This document shows, in pieces, positions 11,836-34,229 of a stretch of 64,000 nucleotides of DNA. Source of the stretch: the human T2T-CHM13v2.0 reference genome, Homo sapiens; assembly GCF_009914755.1 (NCBI RefSeq), contig NC_060933.1. One strand, 5' to 3'. Every line of letters begins with the position of its first letter. Within the stretch, counting starts at the first letter, position 1. A program made the position numbers and the translations under genes. The notes beneath the pieces are model-generated. The model was given only the letters and a program-made list of their open reading frames with translations, did not search any database and was not told where the DNA came from.

Positions 11836-12692
11836 GAAACTTTACATTTTCATCCAAAATTTTGTCAGACAGTACCTAGTAATGACAAAATGTTTTTATT
11901 TGTAATCAAAGATTTACAAATAACAAAAAAGTATTAGAATTTGTTTGGAGAAGAGGCAAGTTGCTAAATTGCATAGTGGAGAGTTTACTTTTTGATGTGT
12001 TTTCTTATTTATCATCCTTTGTCAATTCCCACTCCCTAGCTAAGGATATTCCCTTACTCTGAACCCACTGGCATGTGAGAATTCCATTCCCACAATAAAC
12101 TTGCTTTATGGGCTCTCTTTTCTAGTATTCTTTTGTGATTTAGAGCTGCAAAATCAAGTGTGAGAACATGCAATATCTAGTAAAAGCCAGCATTACTGAA
12201 TGAACTCATTAAAGCCAAGGGGGAATTGCAAACTCCAAAAATTAAAACATCTGAACATCTGTTAAAACTCAAACTGTGTTTCTTCTTTGAGAAAAATAAT
12301 AAATCTGATCAACTCTCGGTATAACATCTAAAAAGAATAAACAAAGGAGCTAGATAAGTAAAATTAATTCGGCAGATGGTTCAATAAGTTAGGAACTGAG
12401 ACAACTCTTGAAAAGTTTCTGTAATTTCTTTTGAAAAGTAAATGTAAAACAGGAAAATTCCCAAGTAACAACAAAAACAAAACTGAGGAATTACATTTAC
12501 CAATAGTATAAGAGATACAAAACAAATAAAAACAACTGAATTATGTGTGAAGAAAGGAAAGTCAACTGGCATGGATTTTATCAGTACATATTTTATCAGA
12601 AAATTTAAAAGTTGTTTTAAATTTTATTTAAAGTTGTCTACATAAGCTTTATTTTTTACGAAGTACTTTTTCCTGCTCTAAGAAAAGGCCTT

Positions 12693-12780
12693 ACCCTGAC
12701 TTGATCATTACACATTGCATGCATCTAACAAAATTTCACTTGTATGCCATAAATATGTAGAACTATAATGAATCAAAAAA
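12693..12780 (+). mobile_element. Very short 5'-truncated L1MA 3' end
   Basis: 'accctgacttgatcattacacattgcatgc...ccataaatatgta' followed by an A-run; TSD aggcctta on both sides. Confidence 0.7.
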
Positions 12781-12970
12781 TAGGCCTTATGAAGTTGTTT
12801 TTCATTCTTCTCTCTTTTCTTTTTTTTGTATGTTTTCGCAATTGGCTTTGTCTCACAATGGCAAAATAAAATGTTTGTAGTATTTGTGAAAAAGTCAGGT
12901 TTCTATGGAATATATGTCATACACGTGCAAAAGGCATCACATATTTCAGTGTTGCTGTAAGTATTAGTTA

Positions 12971-13258
12971 GGCCAGGGGCGGTGGCTCACGCTCATAATA
13001 CTAGCACTTCAGGAGGCCAAGGCAGGAGGATTGCTTGAGCTCAGGAGATTGAGACCGTCCTAGGCAACATAGTGAGACCTCATCTCTATAAAAAATTACC
13101 CAGGCGTGGTGGCACATGCCTGTAGTCCTAGCTACTTGGGTGGCTGAGGTGGGAGGATCACTTAAATCCAGCAGGTGGGGGATTCAGTGAGACATTATCA
13201 TGTCTCTGCATGCCAGCCTGGGTGACAGAGCACGACCGTGTCTCAAAAAGAAAAAAAT
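12971..13258 (+). mobile_element. AluJ-like
   Basis: Diverged Alu dimer. Confidence 0.9.
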
Positions 13259-14132
13259 AGTACTCTTATTGTCTAAGAATAGACAAATTCTCAACTCTCC
13301 TATTATAATTATTTATCCTTGTTCTCTCTATAGCCTCCAAATTAAGGTGTGGTTTCTGTCTTTTACCCTAGAAATTCTTAATTTCTTCATGTGGTAGCAA
13401 ATTTAAAAAATAATAAGAAAAAAATTATCAGTTTACATGCTTTATGTTAGGGAATATAATTTTATTAATGAAGCCACTGTTTCCTTAAGTTACCTCAGTG
13501 TAGGTGTCAAATGGTATCAAATACACCTACATGGCTGGGCCCCACAAACTGGCATCCTGAAACGTCAGCTCCACACCCACCCCATCCTCATCACTGTACT
13601 TTCACCTCAAGCAGAACACTCAAGGTAGGAGAGATGCTCACAAAATTCTCCTTGACCTTTGATTTTGTTCTCCATATCAGATGTTGCAAATAATACTGTT
13701 TCAAGCCATCTGGTTTTTCAGCTCCCAGGTATAGATTTATCAAGTATGTCTGGTATTTTTGTGGAAACCATCTGGAAACATAAATACAAAGGCCTGCTTC
13801 AAGGTATGAGAGAGAACTTTCCGTGTGGACACCTCCACCCCATTCACTTTTACGCAAATGCTATTTCCATGTCTGCTGCCATTTCAGTTGCAAGTTCCAA
13901 TGTCGTCTTCTACGCTGCTGTCTTTTAGGCATCAAGACTCTGAGCTGGGATTGAGATTGAACTCCTAGGATTATTTCCGTGTTCCCCCATTCATATCTTC
14001 TCTTCCACAGGTCCCCTTTTGCCTTCTTTGTCTCTTTTTTCTCCTCCCTCCCCTGTCATCCCAGCTCCAGCTGCCCCCAGCTTCCTAGACAATTTCACTT
14101 CCTTGTCAAGGTTTTCCCTGACCTTGTTTTAG

Positions 14133-14516
<384 letters not shown>

Positions 14517-16984
14517 AATCATTTATTTAAATATTTAATTTTTTAAAGTCAAAAGTTTGTTTACATGAACATGGTAAAAACCAAAGTGGTGCAAAAAGGT
14601 TATAAAATTAAAAGTGCATTTTGCTCTCACCTTTGGTCCCTATTCATTTGATTGTTCATCTCAGAGGAAACTCCTGCTCTTGGTCCTATGTACCTTTCTA
14701 GAAATAGGTAAGAAGATATGCATATTTAAACAAATATTTATGATCATTTTGCATAAATGCTAACATGCTTTATACACTTTTTTATCTTGCTTTTTGGTTG
14801 ATGAAATAGTCAATTTCCCTTTTACCTTTCTGTCTATTTTTTCTTCTATATTTAAAATTTGTTTTTTCAAATTTTTTTGTTCATTTTTCTATTCCTTTCA
14901 CAGGTATGGATACTTTTCTGTTTATTATCTTTTTGTATTGGTTAGAAATTCCAGTATAATATTGAATAGCAATGGGAACATTTTCACTTTTCCTGATTTA
15001 TAGTGGCTGCTTTATTAAGTATGATGTTTACCATACCTTAAAAATAATATCCTCTATTAGATTGAGGAAGTCTATTCTTAGGTTGCTGTGAATTTTTATT
15101 GTGAATAAAATGTGTAAAAAGTGTAAAATTTTATCATGATATTTTAAATCAATAGAGATAATTATGTGATAATTTTCTCATTTCAAGGCATCCCTCAGAG
15201 ATATTGTGGGCTCTGTTCCAGACTCAATAAAGTGAGTCATATAAATTTTTTGGTTTCCCAGTGCATATGCAAGCTATGTTTATACTATACCATAGTCCAT
15301 TAATTTTACAATAGAACTATGTCTAAGTAAACAATGAACATACCTTAATTAAAAATATTTAATTGCTAAAAATGTTAACAATTGTCTGAACCTTCAGTGA
15401 GTCGTCAGCTTTTTGCTGATGGTGGGTCTTGCCTCTATGTTGATTGCTGCTGACTGATCAGGGTGGTAGTTGCTGAAGGTTGGGATGGCTGTGTGGATTT
15501 TTGCAAAGAAGACAACAATGAAGTTTGCATGCATCAGTTGACTCTTGCTTTCACAAAAGACTTCTCTGTAGCATGCAATGCCCTTTGATAGAATTTTACC
15601 TACAATAGAACTTCCTTCAAAATTGGAATCAATCCTCTCAAATCCTGCTGATATTTTATCAATTAAGTTTATATAATATGACAAATCCTTTGCTTTCACT
15701 TCAACAATGCTCATAGCATCTTCACCAGGAGTAGATTCCATCTCAAGAAATCATTTTCTTTGCCCATCCATAGGAAGCAACTCCTCATCAATTCAACTTT
15801 CATCTTGAGATTGCAGCAATTCAGGCATATCTTCAGACTCCACTTCTAATTCTAGTCCTTTTGCTACTTCCACCGTGTCTGTAGTTGCTTCCTTTACTGA
15901 AGTCTTGCACCTGTCAAAATCATCACGATAGTTGGAATCAACTTCTTCCAAACTCCTGTTATGTTGATATTTTGGCTTCCACCCATGAATTACAATTGTT
16001 CTTATTGGTATCTAGATTGGTGAATAATTTTCAGAGGTATTCCATTTACTTTGCCCTAAACCAGCAGAGGAACCATTATGTATGGCACCTATAGCCTTAT
16101 GAAATGTATTTTTTCTATAGTGATACTAGAAAGTCAAAATTACTCCTTGATCCATGGGCTGCAGGAAGGATGTTGTATTAGCAGGCATGAAAACAACATT
16201 TATCTCCTTATACATCTCTATCAGAGCTCTTGGGTGACCAGGTGCATTGTCAGTGAGCAGTAATATTTTCAAATTTTGAAAAGAAATCTTTTATTTTCCA
16301 AGGAGTAAATCTCAAGACTGGGTTAAATGATTCAGGAAACTATGCTGTAAATAAAGGTGCTGTCATCAAGGCTTTCTTACTCCATTTATAGAGAACACAG
16401 GCAGGGCAGATTGAGCAGGATCCTGAAAATCCTAGGATCCTTAAGAATTAGCGTTGGCTTCAATTTAGAGTCACTGGATATATTAGTCCCTAATAAGAGA
16501 GTCAGCCTGTTCTTTGAAGCTTTGAAGCCGGGCATTGACTTCTCCTCTGTAGCTACGAAAGTCCTTGATGGCTTCTAATTTCAACATAAAGCTGTTTCAT
16601 CTATATTAAAAATCTATTGTTTAGTGCAGCTACATTCATTAATGATCTTGGCTAGGTCTTCTGGATAACTTGCTGAAGCCTCTACATTAGTACTTGCTGC
16701 TTCACCTTGCACTTTTATGTAATACAAATGGCTTCTTTCCTTAAACCTCATGCACCAACCTCTGCTAGCTTCCAAGGGATCTGCCTGCCTTTTTTTCCTG
16801 CAGCTTCCTTACCTCTTTCAGCCTTCATAGAATTGAGGAGAGTTAGGGTCTTGCTCTGAATTAGGCTTTTGGCTTAACAGAATGTTATGGCTGTTGTGAT
16901 CCTCTATCCAGAACACTGAAACTCTTTCCATATCAGCTATAAGACTACTTTGTTTTCTTATCACTTATATGTTCACTGGAGTAG

Positions 16985-17631
<647 letters not shown>

Positions 17632-18559
17632 TAATTTATTTCAAGAACTTTTCCTTTGCATTTAGAACTTACCTGTTTGGTACATGAGGCCTAGCCTTCA
17701 GCCTATCTATGCTTTTGACATACCTTCCTCTCTAAGCTTAATCATTTCTAGCTTTTGATTTAAAGTCAGAGACATTCTAATCTTCCTTTCACATAAATAT
17801 GTAGAGGCCATTCTAGGATTATGGAATGGCCTAATTTCAATATTGTTATGTCTGAGAGAATAGGGAGGCCAGAGGAAGGGGGAGAGAAAAGGGGGAACTG
17901 CCAATCAGTGGAGCAGTCCAAACACATACACACCATTTATTTATGCAGTTTGCCCTCTTACATGGGCATGGTTCATGGCTCCCCAAAACAATTACAATAG
18001 TAACATCAAAGATCACTGACCACATATCACCATAAAAGATATAATATTAATAAAAATTTGAAACATTGTGAGAATTATCAAAATGCGATACAGAGACATA
18101 AAGTGAGCATATGCTGTTGAAAAAATGGCCCCAATAGACTTGGATTGACACAGTGTTGCCACAAACCCTCAGTTTGTAACAAAATGCAATTGTCTGTCAA
18201 GTGCCGTAAAGCTAAACACAATAAAGTTAGGTATTCCTATTTACCATTAATATAGCTATATTGTAAATCATATCTGTTGATTTTCTAATGTTATCTTTGC
18301 TTGCTGAAATAGACCCTACTTGATGATGATATATTGCCATTGTTATGTGAATACACTATTGAATCCTGTTTACTAGTCTATTGGTGTTTTTACATCTGTA
18401 TTTATAAGCGAAGTTAGCTTATAATTTTATTTTATAATGGTTGTCTGTTTTTTATACTAGTCCTATAAAAGGAATTAGGTAGCTTTTATGCTTTTTTCCC
18501 TTCTTTATTTAAATCTTTTTTTTTTTTAAATTCTGAAACAGTTTTTATAAAATGGTGAG

Positions 18560-18934
18560 TTTATTAGTCCATTCTCACACTGCTATAAAGATACTACCCA
18601 AGACTGGGTAACTTATAAAGGAAAGTAGTTTAATTGACTCACATTTCTGCATGTCTGGGGAGTACTCAGGAAACTTACAATCATGGCAGAAGGCAAAGGA
18701 GTAGCAAAGGCATTTCTTACATGATGGCAGGCAATAGAAAGAGTGAACAAGTGAAGGGGGAAGAGCCCCGTATAAAACCATGAGATCTTGTGAGAACTCA
18801 CTCACCATCACAAGGACAGCATGGGAAAAACCGCCGCCATGATCCACTCACCTCCCACCAGGTCTCTCCTTTGACACATGGTGATTACAGTTCAAGATGA
18901 GATGTGAGTGGGGACACAAAGCCAAACCGTATCA
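18560..18934 (-). mobile_element. Solo MaLR LTR (THE1D/MSTA-like)
   Basis: 'tattagtccattctcacactgctataaag...gggacacaaagccaaaccgtatca'; 5-bp TSD gtgag at 18555-18559 and 18935-18939. Confidence 0.9.
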
Positions 18935-19347
18935 GTGAGTATCATGCCCTGATACTTAGTAGAAGTGAGAGAATTTGACTATTATTATATTGATTATTGG
19001 TTATTGAGGTTTCCTAAATTTCTTAAGTCAACATAAGTTGTTTTTAAAAACGCTTTCCATTATTTTTGCAAGTACATTGACATAAAATTGTTCATTGTAC
19101 TGTAGTAGCACACTATGAAAATTTTTTGGTTTTGCAAATACTTCTCTTGGTTAACTTTACTAATTTTTTGTTGCATTGGCTTTTGTGAATAAATTACTAT
19201 AATATATGTTTACTTGTCTGCTCATTATTAGTTAATTAATCTTTGCTCTGTTCCTTATAGTAGCTTTCTTATATTTTCCATAATTTTCCTTTCTAATTTT
19301 TCTCAGGTTTTTCTTTTCTATTTTTCCTATGTAGTTTTTTATTTTTT

Positions 19348-19552
19348 AACAGCAAAATATATATTCATTTTATAAGCATATGGAACATTTTCCAAGATAC
19401 ATCATCTGTTAGGCCATAAAACAAGTCTCAATAAGTTTTAAAATGATTAAGGTTAAAGTGTATTCTCAGGCCACAACAAAATAAAATGATAAATTAATAA
19501 CAAATGAAAATTTGGAAAATTTACAAATACGTGACAGTTAAACAACACACTC
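19348..19552 (+). mobile_element. Older L1 ORF2 endonuclease-region fragment (probable 3'-transduced flank)
   Basis: Matches L1M/L1PB 'ggaacattttccaagata..ttaggccataaaacaagtctcaataa..aaacaacacactc'; lies between the L1PA tail and the left TSD. Confidence 0.7.
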
Positions 19553-24946
<5,394 letters not shown>

Positions 24947-27470
24947 CTATATAGTTTTTAATTTCCACTTTGACATATATCTGATTTGTGGATGAGATTT
25001 ATAGTTTCTAAACAATACATTTTACATTTAAAAAATTAGTTATGATTTAATTGCAGTAATGACCAGATACTTTTTTCTACCCAACTTCTCCCATAATATT
25101 GTTCACTTTGTATTTTACTGCCCCTATAATATTTTTATTTTATAGTAAATAATTATCTTTTTCATGTATTTTCTCTATTATTTTAGAACTTTAATTTTGT
25201 GATTTTGCACATCTGTTTCAAAATTCAAAATGTACAAAAGGTTCTTTGGTAAATTTCTCTATCATTCTTTTAGCTCTCCAGTTCCCTTCTCCTCTGGAGG
25301 TCCCAATCTTGTCAATTTCTTGAATAGAAGGAGGTAGTTAAGCAGGAAAATGTGTTCCAATAAAAACCCAAAACACATGTCAATTTGAGCAGAGAAAGAC
25401 CCTATATGCAGTTAATAGTGCCCAACTTACAGGGACGTCAAGATTAACTGAGATATTAAAGCACTTATGATCACTGGGGCACAATAAATTCTCAGCCCAT
25501 TGGAAAAATATAAACATATTTGTTTTGATTATTTATTAATGCCATTTGAGGCTGGATAGTAGCTAAGAATATAGACTTAGGGAAATTCATTTATTTAATT
25601 AATAAAACTAATAGATACAATAAAATAAATAAAAGTTAAATAAGATACTCCTGGATTAGAGTCCCTCTGTTGCCATTTTTTAACTGTTGTGATGTTAGAC
25701 AAGTCATTTTAACCTCTAAGATTTTCAGATTTACCTCCTATGATACAGGCATCATAATAATACTTAACTATTAGAATACTGCCAATTAAATGAAATCATG
25801 GATGTAAAGAATGTATACATCTAAATCATTGTATTGTCTTGAATATAATAAGCACTCAATATGTATATTATTATTATCTTATTGTGGTAGTAATTAATGA
25901 TACAATTTTAAAATTGTATTTCTTTGGGAGGGCCAGTAATTTTTTCAGTTTAGACTGGAAAGATAGATTGGCTGTAGACAAGACATTTTAAAAATTGACA
26001 GGAATGTGACTCTCCTAGCCTTAGGCCGTAGGAATATTTATATTCAATTAGTTTCTTGGGTGTTATTACACTTTAAAAATGCAAAATATATTTGTGTCCA
26101 TTTTACAGAAAAAGAAAATAGAGCTGCCTAAATATTAGATGGTCAATCTATGGATTCCTAGGGGACCTCAGAGATCAAGGGAATCACAGCCATGTTACTA
26201 CATACTGCCTTATTTAACTTTCTATTTCTCCTCATCACCAGCTCCAGGCAAGACCACAGATTTAAGTTAAGCATATAATGGATGGGAGAAGGCAGGAGTA
26301 GGTGGGGAAGACTGATCTGGGTAGGAGGTAGGCTGATTGCCAGATTCCCCAGGGTGATACGGAAAGTTTTTATTATAATTTAGTAGAAAGTCTTATGCCA
26401 AAAGTGTTTCCATAAATAAATACAAATGTTGGTTCTTGTTGAAAAATGCAAATCAGATGGTTTCAATGCTTTAAACCTTACTTGGAATACCTTAAATAAC
26501 AAGCACAAACATTTACGTGTGTACATATATACATTTAAATGTATACCAAATTAGGCACGTAGAAAATGTATTAGAAAATCTATTATAACAGACCCCCACC
26601 AGCGTCCTGACATCAGGCTGAAATGCAAATCAAATAATGCAACCCTGGAAGCACTGCAGGAACTTTCATCACCACAGTAAGTATTCATTAGACCTTTCTT
26701 TAGGTTGTATTTAAACAATCGCAGCCAAAGGCAGACAGAAATAAACATCTGGTCTGTCTGGCTGTATCATTCCTATTCCAAAATATTAATCTTCTACTTA
26801 GAGGACATCAAAACAAACTTGGGCAGATTAAATATGCCAGTATCTGATCCAAAGTCTGACTGTTCTATATGAAGTAGAACTGATCTGATGTTTTTTCTTG
26901 ACAGCTGAAGCACATATTACAAGGCTTTCTTAGAACTAGGATGTTGGCGTAAACTATAGGGACCTGGTGGTTGAGTTGAACTAAGATTGTCCATTCCTCA
27001 TAAAACATCTGTAGAATATTTGGGTATTACTTGAGTGGCATAGATGATGAACATATATAGTTTCCTTTATTAAAGCTTTCCTGACAAAATCAAAATATTT
27101 TCTAAGCTATGGTGGCCAATTTGCTTCTAGATAATGAATTCCTGGGAAAGAAAAACTGTATTCTAAGACTATTGGCTAGTCTATCAAATTGCAAACTTTT
27201 CCAAATATAAGGTAGATTGAGGACAGATTTCATATTTAAATTATAAATCATCATTGAACATTTTTATTGATAAGTAAAGAGAATGTCAATAGTAACAATA
27301 ACTATAGTGATTATCATTATTATGTGCCCCATAATTCACACATCTTATTATAAAAAATACATATATATTGCAAAAATACATTATAAAATATAATACGCCC
27401 TTTAAGTAGTTTCGTCATTAAGTGACTTGGAGGTGGTTGGAGACTTAAGTAGTGGCTAAGATGGAACTTA

Positions 27471-27890
<420 letters not shown>

Positions 27891-29107
27891 CCTCTTTTTC
27901 TGATTGGGAAATGATGACTTATATTTTAAAATTAAATGAAGGACTTAATAAAATGGCATATTATGACCCATAGACAACTTTTGAAAGCTGAGAATGAGGT
28001 AAATAATGACTTCAAATCTACTAGTTTATGTAACTCTTCCACAATTTGACTTTGGTTAAGAGTGTTCCAGTGAAGCACTTGAATAGGTTTGTAGAAACTC
28101 TCATTGCCACAAATGGAAAAAATAGTCCAAATGCATATTTTAATAACAGCAGTTATGTAAGTGAAAGATTACATGATTAATTTGTAAATAAACACTATTC
28201 ATTTATGAGTAGATAAATTATGAATAGATAAACCACATTGTGCTAGGTGTAGGTGGTAGGGATGAATAAGGTATTTTGTCTGCCCTCAAAGACTGCATTC
28301 TAGTAAAATGAAGTGGGACTGAATATGCTCACCTTATGCCCAGGAGCCAGGTATATATGAATGGCAATGCACTTAGAGATCGTATGATGCCTTTGGTACT
28401 GGAATCTGTAAAAGTTTTCGTGAATGGTAAAGCTGGATTTAACATTTACTAGGTTAACAGTAGAAGCAGCAGCATGCCAGGGCTGCCACTGGGCAGGTAA
28501 CTAACACTGGAGGAAGTACATGATCTCAAAAAGCACCTCTGGATGTAAACTTGATGAAAGGTAATGACAAGAGGAGAACAGAGCTATACGAGTTCAGGGA
28601 CAAATCAAAGGACAGAAATCAAACCCATGGTGGAACTGTTGGGAATTCTAATCTCTCAGTGGGCACAGAAAAAAAATCAGATGTTGGAGGTTCTGGGATA
28701 AAGAGTCAGAAATTAGATGGGTGGTTGTATGCTGTGTTAGTTGCACATGTGGTCTCTTATCAGGAACATGGATTTATTGTATTATTATAATATAAGATAT
28801 ATATTATAATTATTATCGTTCAAAGGAAACTGGAGCCAATAAATCACCATGGAGATATCTCCAGAGTGTTTGCAGATAGGGCAAACTCAGCTGGCTGACT
28901 TAGCTACAAACCATGCCCCCTTCTCTCACCAGGCATCCTGAGGGCCAGAGGCACTCAATATACACAGAAGACACTAACCCAGTCATTTTCAATCCTAACT
29001 TCACCTAAGTGTCACCTGGGGAATTTTAGACACATACCAATATAAAGGTCTGTTCCCCAGAGATTCTGAATTTGGGATGGGGCCTAGGCATTGGCAGTTT
29101 TTAAAAA

Positions 29108-29917
<810 letters not shown>

Positions 29918-30088
29918 TAAAGATGTCACTGTTCACGGGCAGGAATGGGAGCAACCTACAGAGGCTGAAATGTTCCCAACAGCCTCAGGGCCAGAACTTG
30001 GCTGGAAAGAACTTATTAATAACACACTTCCATTTTGTGTGATAATGGAAGGAGAGGATGATTGGGACCCAAGACAGATTTGGTTTAG

Positions 30089-30452
<364 letters not shown>

Positions 30453-31399
30453 TCAGATTCTTTATCTGAGAAATAGAGATGGTAGTAGCTAACTTGAAGG
30501 GTCATTATAAGAATCAAAGTCCTTACATCCAGCCTAGCACATTCCCAGCATTTTATGGGTGATCTATAAATGGGCTCTATTATAGTAATTAGTAGTAGTA
30601 ACAAAAGAAGAGTATGTAAAGAGTTTTTTTAGTGGTGTAATATAAACGAAAAAATAATGAGAATTCAAAGGCAGGGAAAGCCCTGGTTGTAGAATGGGCG
30701 GGAAATACTTCTTAGGATTTTTAATAATTTATATGACTTTGTACAGAGGAATGAGGGAGAGAAGGACGTGACTGACTCATGTATTTGGGGAAGACATGAA
30801 ATGGAGAGATGTGCCACGTCTAGCTGGCTTTAAATAAGGTCAGAGAGAAGGGACTTGGGTCATATTTGAGTAGGGCAGTCTTGAGCATTAACAAAAGGAG
30901 TTTGCAACATGAGCAAGTATGCTGAGAAAAGACCACATTATGAACAGGGAGTATACAGAACATATCCAGGAGGCCCTCAGGTGACAGTAGGAGTGACCAT
31001 CCCATAGATCTGCAATTCATGCAAAAGGCTTCTTTCCCCTTTATTTTCTCCCCAATTAGTTAGAAATACCATCTCTCATAGGCATCTTGGAGAAGAAGAG
31101 ACATCTGGTTTTGCATAAGCGTAAGTTAAATGATTTGTGAAAATCTGTTATCAACAAAAATTACATTTCTTCATCATACTCAGCAAATATAACAAAAACG
31201 ACTTCATGACAAATCCTTATTCTCTAAAAGAAAATGTTACTCGTATGTATATTTATGTTACCAAAAAGCTACTGAAATAAGTTAGCTGATGAAAAGAAAG
31301 AATTTGCCATGGCTAGTGAATTAAGGAGCTGAGAATGAAAATATGAACCGAGGATACTATTATTTTCAAATATCTTTAAGAATTAGGTGTACTTCATTA

Positions 31400-31414
31400 C
31401 CAGTAGGTGTCACT
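31400..31414 (+). promoter_or_regulatory. Candidate CTCF motif
   Basis: CCAGTAGGTGTCACT vs consensus CCASYAGRKGGCRS (one mismatch), in unique sequence. Confidence 0.45.
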
Positions 31415-33886
31415 GCAGGCATTAAACACGGTCTGTTTCTAGGGAAATTTGTCCCATAAATGTTGGTGTAATTTAACTGGTATAATATAGTTATGATAGG
31501 CATAAAGGATATTTATTCTGAAAAGCAATATATTTTATCATGGTCATGAACTTGTAAAAACATTGGCTTAAGGAAGCTATAGTGTATGCTTTAAATGGGC
31601 TTACTTAATACAATATACAGCATAAGTAATAGTCTCTTATGAGGTTTTAAATATATACAGTGGGTTTTCCTGGATAAGATAAGGTTGCTTTTCAGAGTTA
31701 TTCCATAGAATCTGATTTATAGGACTAATTTAATGAGAATTCATAGACTCAATTGCTACCTTCTAAATCTTTGTGAAACTGACATTTTTTCCTTATATGT
31801 AACATTCTTGTAAGTTTTGTTAGAGAAGGGAAGGAAATTAAGAACTTTAACTGGAATTACATTAGTTATCCTCTTTTGAGTTTCTCTGGCCTTTTAAACA
31901 TGTAGTATCTAGTGTCAGGAAGTTAAATTCACCAAGCTTTTTTAGAGAAACACAATTTAGTGGCATCCTAGCATCTAACATAGAGAAATATTGGCCATTA
32001 AAAAATAGTGATCTTGGTTCCCTTTCTACTGTGGTTTTAGAGTTGATTCATTTGTGCAATCTTGCTGGCATTGCTGAGTTGAACTTTTGAACAGAGTATT
32101 CTCAATAGAAACCCTTGCGCTTTAAAATTGATTTGCCTGTTGGAGGTGTTGGTGTTTCTTATTTATGCATAATTGAAGGGCTAGGTGTGTGAAAGTGCCC
32201 CTAGCGACTCTTTCATTTGTTCCATTTTACAAATTGAAACTGATAGTGGTGGTTGTGGTGCTTTTCAAGGGTGACTTGAGGGCAATCTAATTTACCTAGC
32301 TGTTCAAAGGTGAACTCAATATTTTCAATCATAAATTAAAAATCTACTCCAGTTTTCAAATCAGAAACAGCATAAATTACGTATCTGCAGGCCGTAAGTG
32401 TTCTTTGCCCTGGCTTAACTCCATTGATTTTACCAGGATAGACATTTCTAGACACTCTGTGTTTTAACATGTCCCTGTAACATCTAAAGTATTTTAGGAA
32501 CACCATATTGCTTTCTTTTCTATGTATGCCAACAGGAATTTTATGAGCCCTTGGCATTTGCCTCTCTATGTAGACCCATCTATGAGAATATTTTCGACCT
32601 GTTAGATTCCTGGGCTAGCATAATTTGAACAGGGTTTCTCTGAAAGACATAATATTATGCACTAAAAATCTACATCATTGGAAAATACTTAGCAATATCA
32701 AATATGTGTACCTTCTTAACATATAACAATATGGTGTGCTAATTATAACATATAGACACTGCTCTCTAAGAAGCCTACAATTTAAACCTACATTATAGAT
32801 CTTACAATGGAGGTAAAACTGATAGACAAAAATGCATGTCAACCAACTGCATGACACACAGATCATTGTATTTGTAGTGTTTAGAGTAGCACTCATATGT
32901 AAAGTTTGCTGCACAGTCATTGCCAAGTCCAATCTTCCAGATATCCTAAAACTTACACATGTACTAAATTGGGCTTCATAAATTAATATACTTCAATCAT
33001 ATAATTGTGGCAACTCATACTACTCTTTTTACTTTAATTCGTTTTGTTGGAATCTCTTTGGCTTTTATTGACGGCCAACATTGGAAATACTTTTTTAGGA
33101 ATTTGATGTGTTGAAAGTAAGGATGTTGTTAAGAGTAATTATTATGTTTCATGGCGCTTCAGCCTTCAGTCTTCACATCAATACTGGCTTGCTTCTCCTG
33201 AGCTCTTTATAATTATTTTTATTTAGTTTTATACACACTGACATGTTTAATAACCAGATTTCTCTCTTCCCCCACATCCCCAAACTTTGGCTCTTAAGAA
33301 AGCACAGAACCCAAACTATGGTCCTACAGCAAGTAATGGTTTTTATGGTTTACATTTTTATAATAATCTCATTACTAAGAAACCATGGTTTGTTTTCATC
33401 TTTCTCACTTCCTTTTACTCCCATATTGCTTTGTATTATATATTCTTTTAGGCTCTAGGACTTTGGAGGACAAAGTGAGGAGGAGTATAAAGTAGGATAC
33501 AACCAAAATAAATAGAACAGAATTTCAGGAAAGACCTATATTATACTTAAAATTCACATAACTAACCATATCCTAACACCTCTAGTTTACAATAAAGGTA
33601 TCAGAAGGAAAAATAAACAACACTGAGATCCCACCACAATACTTACATTTTTATTCTGTATAACATTATTCTAAGAATTGAGTTTGTTGGTCTTCTGGGG
33701 TGGTGACACTCATACAGTAATTATATTTTTCTAGCTAATTTGAAAGACATGGTCTTAGGAACTTTTTGATTTGAAGCAAGAGAGTCTGTTCAACTAGCAA
33801 AGAAGCTCTTTAAGGTGAGAAATAATAATCCCTTGTTGGTGTTCCAGAATAGACATAGATATCTTAAATTATGATGAGGCCAATGA

Positions 33887-34229
<343 letters not shown>

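Noticed and set aside
28783-28815. AT palindrome attataatata/tatattataat
   Set aside because: Low-complexity AT sequence; expected by chance
32195-32208. CTCF-like motif on the minus strand (GTCGCTAGGGGCAC)
   Set aside because: One G short of the required core spacing
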